A DNA stretch of 64,000 nucleotides from the NCBI GenBank assembly GCA_043825875.1, contig JBDRRF010000103.1, positions 101,397 to 165,396 on the forward strand, read 5' to 3'. A model generated the notes under the pieces. That model saw only the letters and a program-made list of their open reading frames with translations, searched no databases and was not told the DNA's origin. The translations under genes were made by a program, and so were the position numbers. This DNA is from Pseudomonadota bacterium. GTDB lineage: Bacteria > Desulfobacterota > Desulfobacteria > Desulfobacterales > RPRI01. Shown here piece after piece: positions 20,628-31,058 of the stretch (within the stretch, counting starts at the first letter, position 1; each line of letters begins with the position of its first letter).

Positions 20628-21317
20628 ATGATACTATCAATGAAAACTAATTGGCTTTTTTATCTCATAATCTTATCCCTTCTATTTGGTTGCGCCCCGA
20701 AAGAAAATGAATTTTTTGGAGAAGTCTTTTTTGTCACGAAAAAAGGGCAAAAGATACAACTCAGTCTTGTTGAGATTTCTATTATTGATTATGACAAAAT
20801 GAATATTTTTGCTCAAGATAGAATGCAATCTGCCAAACAAGAAATTGAACGGCTGAAGCCCATAATATTCAGGACACAGCAAGAATACAAAAAAATGCGC
20901 CAATCTAAAGAAAAATTCTATCGTGTTTATTTGGACAATATTTACAGCCATAGATATAGTAAAAAGTATCAAGATCTGTTAGCTTCTATTTCTAAAAAAA
21001 GGAGCGAACTTAATCGATTGCTAACCAGTTATAACAGTTATTCTAAGGGAACATACTTTTTTGCCGGACTCCCAAAGCCAACTCTATCCACCAAAACAGA
21101 TGCTGGTGGAAAATTTATTTTAAAATTAAAACCAGGTAAATATGCTATTGTGGCAAATACTTCTCAAAAGGATGGAAAATCCGATAAAGATTATTATTGG
21201 TTCATTTCGTTTGATACAGAAAAAGGTTCTCAACAAAAAATCATTTTAAGCAATGATAATTTGTTTGGATCTGAATGTGAATCTTGTATCTTTAATCTTT
21301 CTAAACTTCCATATTAA
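20628..21317 (+). CDS. Hypothetical lipoprotein with coiled coil
   Basis: Lipobox LFGC; 229 aa. Confidence 0.7.
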   Translation: MILSMKTNWLFYLIILSLLFGCAPKENEFFGEVFFVTKKGQKIQLSLVEISIIDYDKMNIFAQDRMQSAKQEIERLKPIIFRTQQEYKKMRQSKEKFYRVYLDNIYSHRYSKKYQDLLASISKKRSELNRLLTSYNSYSKGTYFFAGLPKPTLSTKTDAGGKFILKLKPGKYAIVANTSQKDGKSDKDYYWFISFDTEKGSQQKIILSNDNLFGSECESCIFNLSKLPY

Positions 21318-21479
21318 ATATACCATAAACAGACGCTCAAGCTTATGCTCATTGTATATTTATTTCATATGTAACTATTTCCGATTGGGTACTTTGTACA
21401 CATATCCTCTATGTTTTTTCCAAAGATTGAAGCTCATATCATCTTGATTTTCCATAAGTTTTTATGAAAACCGTCCTGA

Positions 21480-21495
21480 TGGCATGACAGTTGCT
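21480..21495 (+). promoter_or_regulatory. Sigma-54 (-24/-12) promoter
   Basis: TGGCATGACAGTTGCT with GG-N10-GC spacing, about 60 bp upstream of ORF 21557. Confidence 0.7.
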
Positions 21496-21556
21496 CATAA
21501 CTTATACTAAAGGCGCGAATAAACTTTAAACCATAAGGAAACAAGGAGGTGAATTT

Positions 21557-21901
21557 ATGAGAATAGCCAAAGCAATGATAATCACAGTAATGTTTGGAAT
21601 AGCAATTGGTTTATTCCCGAAAACCAGTTCGGCTCGCGATGTATCGGTGGGAATTTCTTTGGGCATACCTGTTCCTTTCTTAAAAGTCTACCACGCATTG
21701 CCCTCTCCGCCACCCCCACCGTGGGCATTTTATAAAAATCGCTCATATTATCGAAAAGCAGATACTAATAGAACGTGCTTTCAAAACGACAGAGATTATA
21801 AATACCGTGGTGAAGTGCACGGATATAACAAGCAAGAAGAGAGGCAAAATAGATATGACCATAACAATGGTTATCGTGAACAAAGACCCCGTAAAAGGTA
21901 A
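21557..21901 (+). CDS. Small secreted Pro-rich/low-complexity protein
   Basis: RBS AAGGAGGT, signal peptide, VSVGISLG followed by a poly-Pro tract. Confidence 0.7.
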   Translation: MRIAKAMIITVMFGIAIGLFPKTSSARDVSVGISLGIPVPFLKVYHALPSPPPPPWAFYKNRSYYRKADTNRTCFQNDRDYKYRGEVHGYNKQEERQNRYDHNNGYREQRPRKR

Positions 21902-21998
21902 TTATGTACTAGTGGAAAGTTTATAAAAAGGGACAAGCCGGGGGTATCCAAAAAATAACTTCGGCAAATAGCGAAGGCTCCCTCTTAAGCCGACATTG

Positions 21999-22030
21999 GC
22001 CGCCTGTCTAATAAAAGCAGGCGGCTTTTT
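21999..22030. terminator. Intrinsic terminator between convergent genes
   Basis: GCCGCCTG..CAGGCGGC hairpin followed by TTTTT. Confidence 0.6.
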
Positions 22031-22064
22031 ACTTCCTAATCTATGTTAAACACTATATGTCATC

Positions 22065-22877
22065 TTATTTATTATAAATCCTCATAACAGCTTCTATCAC
22101 GGAACCGGCGATAGCCATAGCTTTATCTGAAATCGTATCGCAGTAACCAATGTCCGCTCTTGGGTCTATATCTCCTACTTTCATGTTTTTGGTTACTTTC
22201 GTGCCCGGACGGATTAGCCCGCGAATTACACCATCGATACCTGCCACAAGCCCAGCACCAACAACATTTGCAATTACTTCTCCGCTTTTTACTATATCTC
22301 CGATATCGTGTCTTGCTTCAAATACGCCATCAGCAGGCGCTCTTAACAATCTTTCTTTGGTGTATCCACCGATATTACCGGGTATTCCCGTATCCGGTGT
22401 GGGTTTACCGGAAGTAATAATTCTTCCAAGATAATGGCCTCTTTTGGTTTCTATAACCATGTGAACATCATCCCCACCGCAAAAACCCGGACCAAGCCCT
22501 ATAACAAGGTCGGCTTCAGATTTCTTTGTGCCTAAATTCTTCTTTGCTAAAATGGCATCTACTAAAACATTCGGCCTCAATGCTTCTATTGTTTTCCATT
22601 CAGGATCAACTACAACGGCGATTTTTCCATTATCCCAGATTTGTTGAACATCTTCAAAACCACTGGCTTTTAACGCTTCGACACCTTCTATGGTTTTGTG
22701 CCCTTCGTGGACAGCTTCGCAAAAACACACACCTCTTCTTACTGCAAGAGGGTAGGGGATTTCCATCATGAATATCTTTTTGAAATTAGCCATGTAAAGC
22801 CGCCATGCAACAGCACTGGCCATATCTCCTGCACCTTTGATACCTATTGTCAGTTGATTCAATATAGTCTGAGACAT
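22065..22877 (-). CDS. yqeB: Selenium-dependent molybdenum hydroxylase system protein YqeB
   Basis: IKGAGDMASAVAWRL, AVRRGV, VDAILAK, IGLGPGF, ETKRGHYLGR, KVGDIDPR, TISDKA. Confidence 0.9.
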   Translation of the reverse strand: MSQTILNQLTIGIKGAGDMASAVAWRLYMANFKKIFMMEIPYPLAVRRGVCFCEAVHEGHKTIEGVEALKASGFEDVQQIWDNGKIAVVVDPEWKTIEALRPNVLVDAILAKKNLGTKKSEADLVIGLGPGFCGGDDVHMVIETKRGHYLGRIITSGKPTPDTGIPGNIGGYTKERLLRAPADGVFEARHDIGDIVKSGEVIANVVGAGLVAGIDGVIRGLIRPGTKVTKNMKVGDIDPRADIGYCDTISDKAMAIAGSVIEAVMRIYNK

Positions 22878-22894
22878 ATAAAATCTTCCTTGTA

Positions 22895-23926
22895 TTATTT
22901 ACCAAACGGGCAAACCGGATACTGGCATTTTTTGCAATTCATGCAAAAGCCGCCGTGGCCCATCTGCGCAATTTCTGCTTTTGTTATTTTGTCTCCAGCC
23001 AACACCCTGGGAAAAACCAAATCGAAAATTGTTGTCGCATTATAATAAACACAGGCGGGAAGACCAAGGATAGGAACATCTTTAACAGTCGCATGCAGGA
23101 ACATGGCACCTGGAAGAATGGGTGAACCGTAAACGATAATTTTGCCTCCGGCTTTTTTTACTCCCTGTTTTGTTACATCATCAGGATCAACGGACAGGCC
23201 TCCTGTTGTAAGAATAAGTTCACATCCAAAATCAACAAGTTCGTTAATAGCGTCTGCAATCATTTTTAGATCGTCGGGAACCAGTATCTTTTTTACTACT
23301 TCCGAACCGAAATCACTGACTTTACTGCCAACAAATTTATCGAACTCATCTTTTATCAATCCTTCGTAAAGTTCGCTTCCTGTAACTACTGCTCCAACTT
23401 TAAGCTTTCTGTATGGCATCAAACTTATAACGGGTTCATGTTTTTTTGCGATAGCCTCAACCCGTTCAATCTGCTTCCGGGATACTATCAGAGGTATTAT
23501 CCGTGTTCCACCAACAATCTGATCTTTTTTGCATGGGAAATTGGTTCTAATGGTTGAAATTATAATGTTATCTAATTTATTAATTTTAAGAAGCCCGGTA
23601 ACATTAATTTTAAGAAGTCCGTCTGTTTCACAGATTATAGCTGATTTACCCTCGCTGGGATTGGTATACCGGATTCCATCACCGCAGATTGAAGAAGCAA
23701 TACGCAGGGCACCATCATCTTCATGAACATAATTATTCGAAAGATTAAGGACATAGAGCGTTTGCTTTCCCAGTTTGAGTAATTCCGGAATATCTTCTTC
23801 CCGCAACACATGGCCTTTTTTAAAAGCAACTCCTTTAAATTTTCCGGGAATAATGCGTGTCATATCATGAGGTAAAACCATTCCCACAGCATCTTCCACC
23901 CTGACCTTTTTCATAATCTTTCTCAT
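22895..23926 (-). CDS. Molybdopterin-binding (MoeA-like) protein with C-terminal Cys cluster
   Basis: HDMTRI, TGGLSVDPDDVT, PILPGAM, GLPACV, C-terminal CMNCKKCQYPVCPFGK. Confidence 0.85.
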   Translation of the reverse strand: MRKIMKKVRVEDAVGMVLPHDMTRIIPGKFKGVAFKKGHVLREEDIPELLKLGKQTLYVLNLSNNYVHEDDGALRIASSICGDGIRYTNPSEGKSAIICETDGLLKINVTGLLKINKLDNIIISTIRTNFPCKKDQIVGGTRIIPLIVSRKQIERVEAIAKKHEPVISLMPYRKLKVGAVVTGSELYEGLIKDEFDKFVGSKVSDFGSEVVKKILVPDDLKMIADAINELVDFGCELILTTGGLSVDPDDVTKQGVKKAGGKIIVYGSPILPGAMFLHATVKDVPILGLPACVYYNATTIFDLVFPRVLAGDKITKAEIAQMGHGGFCMNCKKCQYPVCPFGK

Positions 23927-24261
23927 AAATTAAAATCCTTAATATAATAATTATTCTTAAAAAAAATGTTTTGAATGCTTAAAAAGCCAGATTGCTTTGA
24001 ATATGCAGATATATTTATGGAAATTATACAATATCAGATTCGTTACTTAAGGCATAAATATTTGTCAAGATAATACTATTATGATCTAATTATATTGGTT
24101 GCATGGTTTTGTTGAAATGCTGTATGTAACTTTAGTTATATTATTCAAACATTATCGTTTATTCTTAATATACACTCAATGATGTTAAGGGCAAATAATT
24201 ATAGCTTATGAGCTTATTGATTTTGAGTTTGGAAAATAACTTTTTATTCCAAGCAGGTGAT

Positions 24262-25203
24262 ATGAATTATAAAGTTTCTTTGTCTCAGAATAAAAAAAGA
24301 CATGCACATATAATTGAAAATCTTAAATTGCGTTCAAAGATAATACAGGAAATCCGCCTGTTTTTTAATAAACGAGAGTATCTTGAAGTTGAAACTCCGT
24401 GTAGAATTCCGGCACCCGCCCCTGAATCATTTATCGAGGCAATTGAATCTGAAGAATATTTTTTGCAGACATCTCCCGAATTGTATATGAAAAGACTTCT
24501 TGCTTCAGGCTATCCTAAAATATTTCAGATATGCAGATGTTTCAGGCAAAATGAAAGAGGGGCCAGGCATCTTCCTGAGTTTACAATGCTTGAATGGTAT
24601 TGTACGGACTCGAATTATTTTGACATGATGAATGAATGCGAAGCTCTTATTAAGCATGTTGCCTGTAAATTGGGATTTGAAAAGGCATTAATTTATCAAG
24701 GAAAAAGCATTAACATAGATAAACCCTGGGAAAAAATAACAGTTTCAAAAGCCTTTCAAAAGTACACCTCCATATCCATGGAAAAAGCTTTGTCGAATGA
24801 TCTGTTTGATGAAACAATAGCCCAAATCGAGCACAAATTAGGAACAGATGTACCGGTATTTATTTATGACTACCCGGATTCCTGCGGTGCTCTTGCCAAG
24901 CTGAAATCTTCAAACAGCCTGCTTGCCGAACGATTTGAACTCTATATTTGCGGAATGGAATTGTGTAATGCTTTTACGGAACTTACTGACCCGGTTGAAC
25001 AAAGAAAGAGGTTTGAAAAAGAACTTGAATCTCGTAAAAAGGCCGGCCTTAAAGCATATCCCATTCCCGAAAAATTTCTTGAGTCACTTTCACATATGCC
25101 CGAAGCATCGGGGAATGCTTTAGGATTGGACAGACTTGTAATGCTCTTTGCAAATGCCAAATCTATTGATGATGTAATTGCTTTTACCCCTGAAGAGCTT
25201 TAG
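24262..25203 (+). CDS. epmA: EF-P lysine aminoacylase EpmA/GenX
   Basis: Class II LysRS catalytic domain without the anticodon domain: LEVETP, LQTSPELYMKRLL, FRQNE..RHLPEFTMLEWY, ALGLDRLVM. Confidence 0.9.
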   Translation: MNYKVSLSQNKKRHAHIIENLKLRSKIIQEIRLFFNKREYLEVETPCRIPAPAPESFIEAIESEEYFLQTSPELYMKRLLASGYPKIFQICRCFRQNERGARHLPEFTMLEWYCTDSNYFDMMNECEALIKHVACKLGFEKALIYQGKSINIDKPWEKITVSKAFQKYTSISMEKALSNDLFDETIAQIEHKLGTDVPVFIYDYPDSCGALAKLKSSNSLLAERFELYICGMELCNAFTELTDPVEQRKRFEKELESRKKAGLKAYPIPEKFLESLSHMPEASGNALGLDRLVMLFANAKSIDDVIAFTPEEL

Positions 25204-25285
25204 GTTTTATATTAAAACAGGCCGCTCACACATACAATTAATATTGCAATAGTTTGATGGCTTTATACTATTCGCTTCAATAATA

Positions 25286-25951
25286 TTATCTGTGTCGCTT
25301 GAAAAGCCTTGGATTGATTTTAATGAAAGCGTTAATCAAATGTTCGAAAAAAGATTCGTTTTTCCCAGATTTGAGGTAGCCATAACCAAGCACAGAAATT
25401 AAAAAAGCACCTAAAGTATCAACAATCAAATCCCACATAGTATCGGTCAAACCGGAAGGGTCACCAAGCATTTCCTTTTGCATATTCATGGCAAAAATAC
25501 TGTCCAAAATATATTCCACAATCTCCCAAAGAGCACCAATCCCAATTGCAAAAAGGAACGCAAAAAAAGCAACGAAACCAATTTTCATATGAAGGCCGAT
25601 TCTCTGAGTTTCATTTAGTACATACACCAATAGAAATCCAATAATTCCAAGCAAGAGTCCGGAGCTGGTATGGAGAACTATGTCCCACCACCAGAAACGG
25701 GTATAATATCCACGTACTTCACCAAGGAATAAAGATGCGAAAACAAAGGCAATCGCAAAAAGTTCAAATTCTGGGGGTATATATACATGGAAGCTTTTTG
25801 CCATAATAAGAGGAACAAGAGTGATTGCAATGATAACAATTATGATCGCAACCGTAAGCCATTGCTTTTCCCAGGCAGCAACAGCGGCTTGAATAAGCAA
25901 AATTGCCTTGAGAGCAAGGCTTAAACTACTGTGAAATGTTTCTATTTTCAT
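25286..25951 (-). CDS. Membrane protein (DUF2238-like)
   Basis: WWDIVLH, WEIVEY, DTMWDL motifs; multiple TM helices. Confidence 0.75.
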   Translation of the reverse strand: MKIETFHSSLSLALKAILLIQAAVAAWEKQWLTVAIIIVIIAITLVPLIMAKSFHVYIPPEFELFAIAFVFASLFLGEVRGYYTRFWWWDIVLHTSSGLLLGIIGFLLVYVLNETQRIGLHMKIGFVAFFAFLFAIGIGALWEIVEYILDSIFAMNMQKEMLGDPSGLTDTMWDLIVDTLGAFLISVLGYGYLKSGKNESFFEHLINAFIKINPRLFKRHR

Positions 25952-26163
25952 TAATTATTTATAAATTGATACTACATTTAAATGTGTTTTTTTCGCTTTA
26001 TTGCGATAAAGAACTCTAAAATAATGCTCACCATTAATTAGGTGAAAAGCCATATCTCGAGGGTTGTTTAGTTTACTGGCTAAAATATATATGTTTCTTT
26101 AATTCAATTTTATTATAATAATGTTAAAAAATCAAACTCTTATTATAAAATGCTTATACAAGC

Positions 26164-26351
26164 GAGCCAATTTCAAAATATTTCTGTTTGGTCAAGCTCA
26201 GGGCGGGAGAAACATATCAACCGCAAGAATATATTGAGTATTTCGAGGATAGCGCTAAAGGTTAGCGCTTATGCTTCACTACGTGTCACTTCGTTCGAAA
26301 TTTGAGCCAAACGCAGAGATCGGCCAAAATGGGGCGTTTTGAAACTGGCTT
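26164..26351 (+). mobile_element. MITE family A, copy 4 (longest form, 188 bp)
   Basis: GAGCCAATTTCAAAA...TTTTGAAACTGGCTT; expanded internal segment. Confidence 0.85.
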
Positions 26352-26483
26352 AAGATATTTGAATATTTACAGATGATAGTGAAGTTTAAGGTAAGATGCT
26401 TTAGATTTAAGACCGGGCTTTAAAATATTCTGAAAATAATTAGCGTTCTTTATGCCATGGATAAAAATATACGTCATAATACA

Positions 26484-26521
26484 TACCAACCAGAGCGTTT
26501 TTAAAAACACTCTGGTTGGTA
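26484..26521. terminator. Long hairpin/terminator downstream of the PEP-CTERM gene
   Basis: TACCAACCAGAGCGTTTTTAAAAACACTCTGGTTGGTA, near-perfect palindrome. Confidence 0.65.
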
Positions 26522-26541
26522 CAATCTAATCTTTGGCTTTA

Positions 26542-27117
26542 TTAGGAGTTAGTTACGTTAAACTTTCTCCGAATTCCAACAAGACTCAGAAGGCCGGCAC
26601 CTAACAGAAATACTGTCGGAGGAATGGGGACGGCAGAACCGGTCCGTAAAGAATCGTAATCTGCAACATCAAAGTCTATTATGGCTGGATAGGACCAGCT
26701 GCCAGAATTAAAATCTAAATAGCTGCCAAAAACTTTGCCGGTATCTGTGTAAGCCAAATATGCAAGATGCAATGAATCGGACGAAGTCCCTGTGAAGGAA
26801 AAGAGCCAGCTAAAGTTGCTGATGCCCGCTGTAGCGTTGATTGCTTTCACATAATTAGTATTGGGCATATCTACTGTCCACGCACCTACAGAGAAATTGC
26901 TCATTCCAGGGTTTTCCAAGTCGCTGGTACCCCCAATTTTGAACACTTCGACTCCCGTTATATTGTGAGTAGAGCCGTCATAAATTCCGTTTTCACTAAA
27001 GCCCTGAGACCAAGACGCAAATGATGAGGTGCTCCAAAGACATATTAATAAAACTGCGATGAAACAAATAGACATTTTCTGCATCCGTATTTCTGTTCTA
27101 TTTAATCTTTTTTTCAT
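26542..27117 (-). CDS. PEP-CTERM (VPIPP/VPLPA variant) sorting-domain protein
   Basis: Signal peptide; C-terminal AVPIPPTVFLLGAGLLSLVGIRRK. Confidence 0.88.
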   Translation of the reverse strand: MKKRLNRTEIRMQKMSICFIAVLLICLWSTSSFASWSQGFSENGIYDGSTHNITGVEVFKIGGTSDLENPGMSNFSVGAWTVDMPNTNYVKAINATAGISNFSWLFSFTGTSSDSLHLAYLAYTDTGKVFGSYLDFNSGSWSYPAIIDFDVADYDSLRTGSAVPIPPTVFLLGAGLLSLVGIRRKFNVTNS

Positions 27118-27186
27118 TTTATCCCCTCCTGCAATGATTTCGGGTTTGATTTTGTTTTATTTTATTACATATGTGTCTATTATCCT

Positions 27187-27202
27187 TGCAGCTAGCGTGC
27201 CA
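27187..27202 (-). promoter_or_regulatory. Sigma-54 promoter of the PEP-CTERM gene
   Basis: TGGCACGCTAGCTGCA on the minus strand (GG-N10-GC), about 70 bp upstream of the start. Confidence 0.7.
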
Positions 27203-27580
27203 CATAGATTTCAATGCATAAAAAATATTTTTCTATTAGATTAATTCAATATTGCAAATAGCTATATAATTTGTTGTCAAAGACAAAAAACCCTATAAAA
27301 CAAGATAATTATACTTTTATTACTACCTTGTTATTTGCCATACCATGCTTTGAAAAAAATTTTTAAATTTCTTTTTTGTGCTGTGAGATGCTATAATAAG
27401 ATCTGCTTTATCTACAATTTTTTGGTACCGCCAGCACTTTTTGTAGCTATACAGCATTTTTTGTAGACACTTATTATGGCAAAAACTCCATCTATACGTT
27501 TCTGGTTGGTTGGTTTTCTGTGGTGAGGCTTGTTTTTAACGAAGGATAGGATATGTTGGCGGGAAAGGTAACTTTTGATA

Positions 27581-27940
27581 TTATTTTTTCACAAAAAGAT
27601 ATGCTCCAAGACCAATGAGTATTAATGCAAATATTTTCTTAAAATTAGCAGTGGATACATGTTCAACCAATCTTGCTCCGATCTGAGCTCCAATAATTCC
27701 ACCGATACCTAAAAGAATTCCAATTTTATAGTCCACATTTAAAAGTTTATTATGAGCTAAAAGAGCTGACATTGAAATAATAAGTATTGCAAGAAATGAA
27801 GTGCCGACAGCCTTTTGTGCGGTATAGCCCAGAAATAATAATAATGGAATCATAAGGAACCCACCTCCAAGGCCGGTAAACGAAGCTCCTATACCCACAA
27901 TAATTCCACTTGCGATCAACAGCAACATGCTCATATTCAT
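27581..27940 (-). CDS. Half-size TauE/SafE (TSUP) family transporter
   Basis: GLGGGFLMIP, AVGTS, GAQIGARL; 119 aa, 4 TM. Confidence 0.85.
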   Translation of the reverse strand: MNMSMLLLIASGIIVGIGASFTGLGGGFLMIPLLLFLGYTAQKAVGTSFLAILIISMSALLAHNKLLNVDYKIGILLGIGGIIGAQIGARLVEHVSTANFKKIFALILIGLGAYLFVKK

Positions 27941-28004
27941 ATATTTATTCCTTTACTATTTATCTTTTACTGATTTCAGCAATCCTTTGCACAATAACTA
28001 TACT

Positions 28005-29474
28005 CTATAAGGCATCTAATTCGCTTTTTGCCATCTGAGCTTCAGTGGAGCCGGAATATTTAGAACAAAGAACTTTTAGGCATTTTTTATGTTTATCATA
28101 ATTTTTCTTTATTTTATAACTATTGGCAAGTTTTAGCAAAAGAGTTGCCAACCCGGGAAATTCCGGTTTTTTGTTTAAAAACATGGCCAGAATACCCTCG
28201 GCTTTTTCCGGATAGCCATAAGTTGAAAATATCGAGATTAAGCGCAGATATACCTCTGTAGACAACTTGGGCTGTTTAGCATGTTTGATATATTCACCAT
28301 ACACTTCCACAGTCATTTTATGCTTAGATCCATCTTTAGTTAGAAGCAAAAACAGCCGCTGGGTCAATGTGTCAAATTGCGTATCTTCAGATTTAATTTT
28401 ATGAATATCAAATAGATGCTTTAAAGCTACTATATGATTCGGATCTTTTTTTAAAACTTCATTTAGTAACTCTGCGCCTTTTTCCATCTCTAATTGACGT
28501 ATATGCTCCAACGCCTTTTCTAATAAAGGAGATATTTCGTCTTCAGGTTCCGGCTCAAGAGCTTCTGCTTTATAAAATCCAAGGTACCTTTTATTGATAA
28601 AGCCCAATAATGCACCTGATAGTATACCGCCAACATGGGCAAGGTATGCGACATGCCTTTCTTCGCTGAATGCAATCTGATACACTTCACTTCCTAACCA
28701 CAAAGGCAAAAGCCATATAGCTTTCATTTGGACATAATTAAAATAAATGCCAATGGTAAAAAACATCTTAACGCGTTTTTTACCGTATAATACCGTAAAA
28801 GCTCCCATTAATCCGGCAATTGCACCAGATGCCCCGACAAGAGGGATTGTAGAACCCATATTCCAAAGCCAAAACATGGCTACAGCACCAAGGCCTGTCA
28901 AAATATATGTGGTAAAGTAATAAATTCGCCCACATCCCATCTCTATCATACATCCGATAAGCCACAGAAAAATCATGTTTCCAAACAAATGTCCCATTCC
29001 ACCGTGGAGAAACATGTGCGTAAATAATGATATTGCATCCGGATGGGCGGGTTTGAATCCAAATCTTATTGATACAATATTTGACAATCTATGTGTATAT
29101 TCATCTCTGAGATTCTTCCATTCATGGTATTTTGGATCATTAGGAGTTATAATTTTGTCCTGTTCAAGCATCTCCATAAAAGTCTGATCCTGGCGCATAT
29201 CTATATATATGTTTCTAAGCTTAATCTGCCGGAGTTGAGCATTGAGCTGTTCTATAGAATCCTGCTCTTCTGATGTATATTTATAATCAATATATTTGGA
29301 TATTTCTATATCAGACAATTCCGATTCGAAATAGAAATCTTCGGCTGCCATATATTGCTTGTCTTCATTAAATTGAAACAGGAAAAATACAATACAGTTA
29401 ATGAGGATAAGAGATATGGTAACAACCGGAAGATTGCGTAAACTCATTTTGCCTGTCAAAGGAATGATCAACAT
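28005..29474 (-). CDS. Rhomboid intramembrane serine protease with large loop insertion and C-terminal TPR-like domain
   Basis: FLHGGMGHLFGNMIFL, GASG (catalytic Ser), AHVGG (catalytic His). Confidence 0.9.
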   Translation of the reverse strand: MLIIPLTGKMSLRNLPVVTISLILINCIVFFLFQFNEDKQYMAAEDFYFESELSDIEISKYIDYKYTSEEQDSIEQLNAQLRQIKLRNIYIDMRQDQTFMEMLEQDKIITPNDPKYHEWKNLRDEYTHRLSNIVSIRFGFKPAHPDAISLFTHMFLHGGMGHLFGNMIFLWLIGCMIEMGCGRIYYFTTYILTGLGAVAMFWLWNMGSTIPLVGASGAIAGLMGAFTVLYGKKRVKMFFTIGIYFNYVQMKAIWLLPLWLGSEVYQIAFSEERHVAYLAHVGGILSGALLGFINKRYLGFYKAEALEPEPEDEISPLLEKALEHIRQLEMEKGAELLNEVLKKDPNHIVALKHLFDIHKIKSEDTQFDTLTQRLFLLLTKDGSKHKMTVEVYGEYIKHAKQPKLSTEVYLRLISIFSTYGYPEKAEGILAMFLNKKPEFPGLATLLLKLANSYKIKKNYDKHKKCLKVLCSKYSGSTEAQMAKSELDAL

Positions 29475-29585
29475 AATATAACTTCCTTTAGAAAAATGCG
29501 GTATTTTGTTTGAATCAAATGTGATTTGTACTTGCAGTTATTGGGTTACATATTAGCTTTTATCTATCAAAGCTTAAAAGCGTCT

Positions 29586-31037
29586 TTACATTATACTGGT
29601 AATGTAATTTTCAATTTGAGGGACAATTTCATGCTCCGGATATTTTTTTATCAATCCGTTTAATATTTTTTTAGCTTTTTCAGGATTCATCATCCGATCG
29701 TTAAATAACTGGGCAGCACGGAAATATGCTTTCGGTACTAATGGATTTTCAGGATACTCTTTTATGAGACGGTTAAAGGTTTTGACTGCCTCTTGAAATT
29801 TCCCGGTTTCATTTAACCATTCTGCAATTTTAAATAAAGACACCGCTGACGGAACAAACTCTGGATCTGTTTTTATACATTCAGAATAAATTTCTAAAGC
29901 TTTATTTTTTTGTTTAGCTTTAATGATCAGCTCCAGATGATTTATGCCGTATTCAAGCATATGGTTTGTTTTATTTGTCATTTTTAAAAGAGAATAATAT
30001 CGATTTGACAATTCAAGACTTGTTATTTCTGCGCCATGGGTCATATCTTCAATAACTTCTATAGCATCATCATATTTTCCATCTTGGATTAAAGGATTTA
30101 TTTCTTTTAAAATATGTGCGCCTGGATCAATCTGTACCGGTTCGGTTTTGTCCAATGATTGATCCTTAAAGGCATCATGTTCAATTTCGTATCCAACTTC
30201 ATCATGGTACTGAAGGATGACATATCCCATAAGATGATAAGAAATTATAGTATAATAGCTTTGAGCAATGGTTACTAGTAAGAAGTGCAACCCGGTGGGA
30301 AGTAATTTGTCAATGTATTGCTCAGCGAATGCTGGCGCACCAGCCAGCAGAAATAAAAACAAATACATCAAAAGGTAACCCCACCCGATTCTATATGTCA
30401 GCCGAACAAAAATATTCGGATTTAATGCATGTAACAGGCTGCTGGTTGTAACCAGAAGAATTATCATTGCAGGTATAAAAAATGCTGCAAATAGAATAAA
30501 GAATACCCCCATTAGGAGACCTAGCGCGGCAGAGATCAAACCAAAAGCAAGGAAAATAAGAAAATAGAGAACATACTGTTTTAAAACCTGATTAAAATCA
30601 TCTGAAATTGTATTTGAACTTATCTTGGGTGGTCTCAGATCGCCACTGGCCGTTGCTTTTAAAGCCTCATAAGAATACTTGAGCACAACCAAAAACAATG
30701 CTCCTCTAACCAGCAAACTTAAAAGACCCGGACCTGAAAAAAAAGAGCTTAGTAAGGATAGAGAAATTATTAATACTATCGGATGGAAAGAAGAAAATGG
30801 ATAGGCAAATATTTTTGACAGCCGTTTCCAAAACGGATCAATAATATTTGCCACACCGCACCATTGTACTTGAATATTGCATTTAGGGCAGAAATAAAGC
30901 GACTCTCCTTGTAAATATCCTCCCTTATCACGTTTTATAACACATTCCGGGCATAGATTTGCACTGCATTTGGGACAAAACCAATGAGCGGTCATAGTCG
31001 GGTGATAATCACAGGATTGCTTCATATTCACCTCCAA
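29586..31037 (-). CDS. B-box-like zinc finger / multi-TM (DUF4013-like) / TPR protein
   Basis: CDYHP...CPKC...LCPEC...CPKC, about 6 TM helices, C-terminal TPR (YPENPLVPKAYFRAA). Confidence 0.75.
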   Translation of the reverse strand: MEVNMKQSCDYHPTMTAHWFCPKCSANLCPECVIKRDKGGYLQGESLYFCPKCNIQVQWCGVANIIDPFWKRLSKIFAYPFSSFHPIVLIISLSLLSSFFSGPGLLSLLVRGALFLVVLKYSYEALKATASGDLRPPKISSNTISDDFNQVLKQYVLYFLIFLAFGLISAALGLLMGVFFILFAAFFIPAMIILLVTTSSLLHALNPNIFVRLTYRIGWGYLLMYLFLFLLAGAPAFAEQYIDKLLPTGLHFLLVTIAQSYYTIISYHLMGYVILQYHDEVGYEIEHDAFKDQSLDKTEPVQIDPGAHILKEINPLIQDGKYDDAIEVIEDMTHGAEITSLELSNRYYSLLKMTNKTNHMLEYGINHLELIIKAKQKNKALEIYSECIKTDPEFVPSAVSLFKIAEWLNETGKFQEAVKTFNRLIKEYPENPLVPKAYFRAAQLFNDRMMNPEKAKKILNGLIKKYPEHEIVPQIENYITSIM

Positions 31038-31058
31038 ATAATTTAACGTATAAATTTC

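Noticed and set aside
22065..25203. Selenoprotein (UGA read-through) near yqeB
   Set aside because: The ORFs are full length with normal ends, and no in-frame TGA aligned to a Cys position was seen.
26542..29474. Rhomboid acting as sorting enzyme (rhombosortase) for the nearby CTERM protein
   Set aside because: The tail is PEP-CTERM type (exosortase substrate), not GlyGly-CTERM, and the rhomboid has a different, larger architecture.
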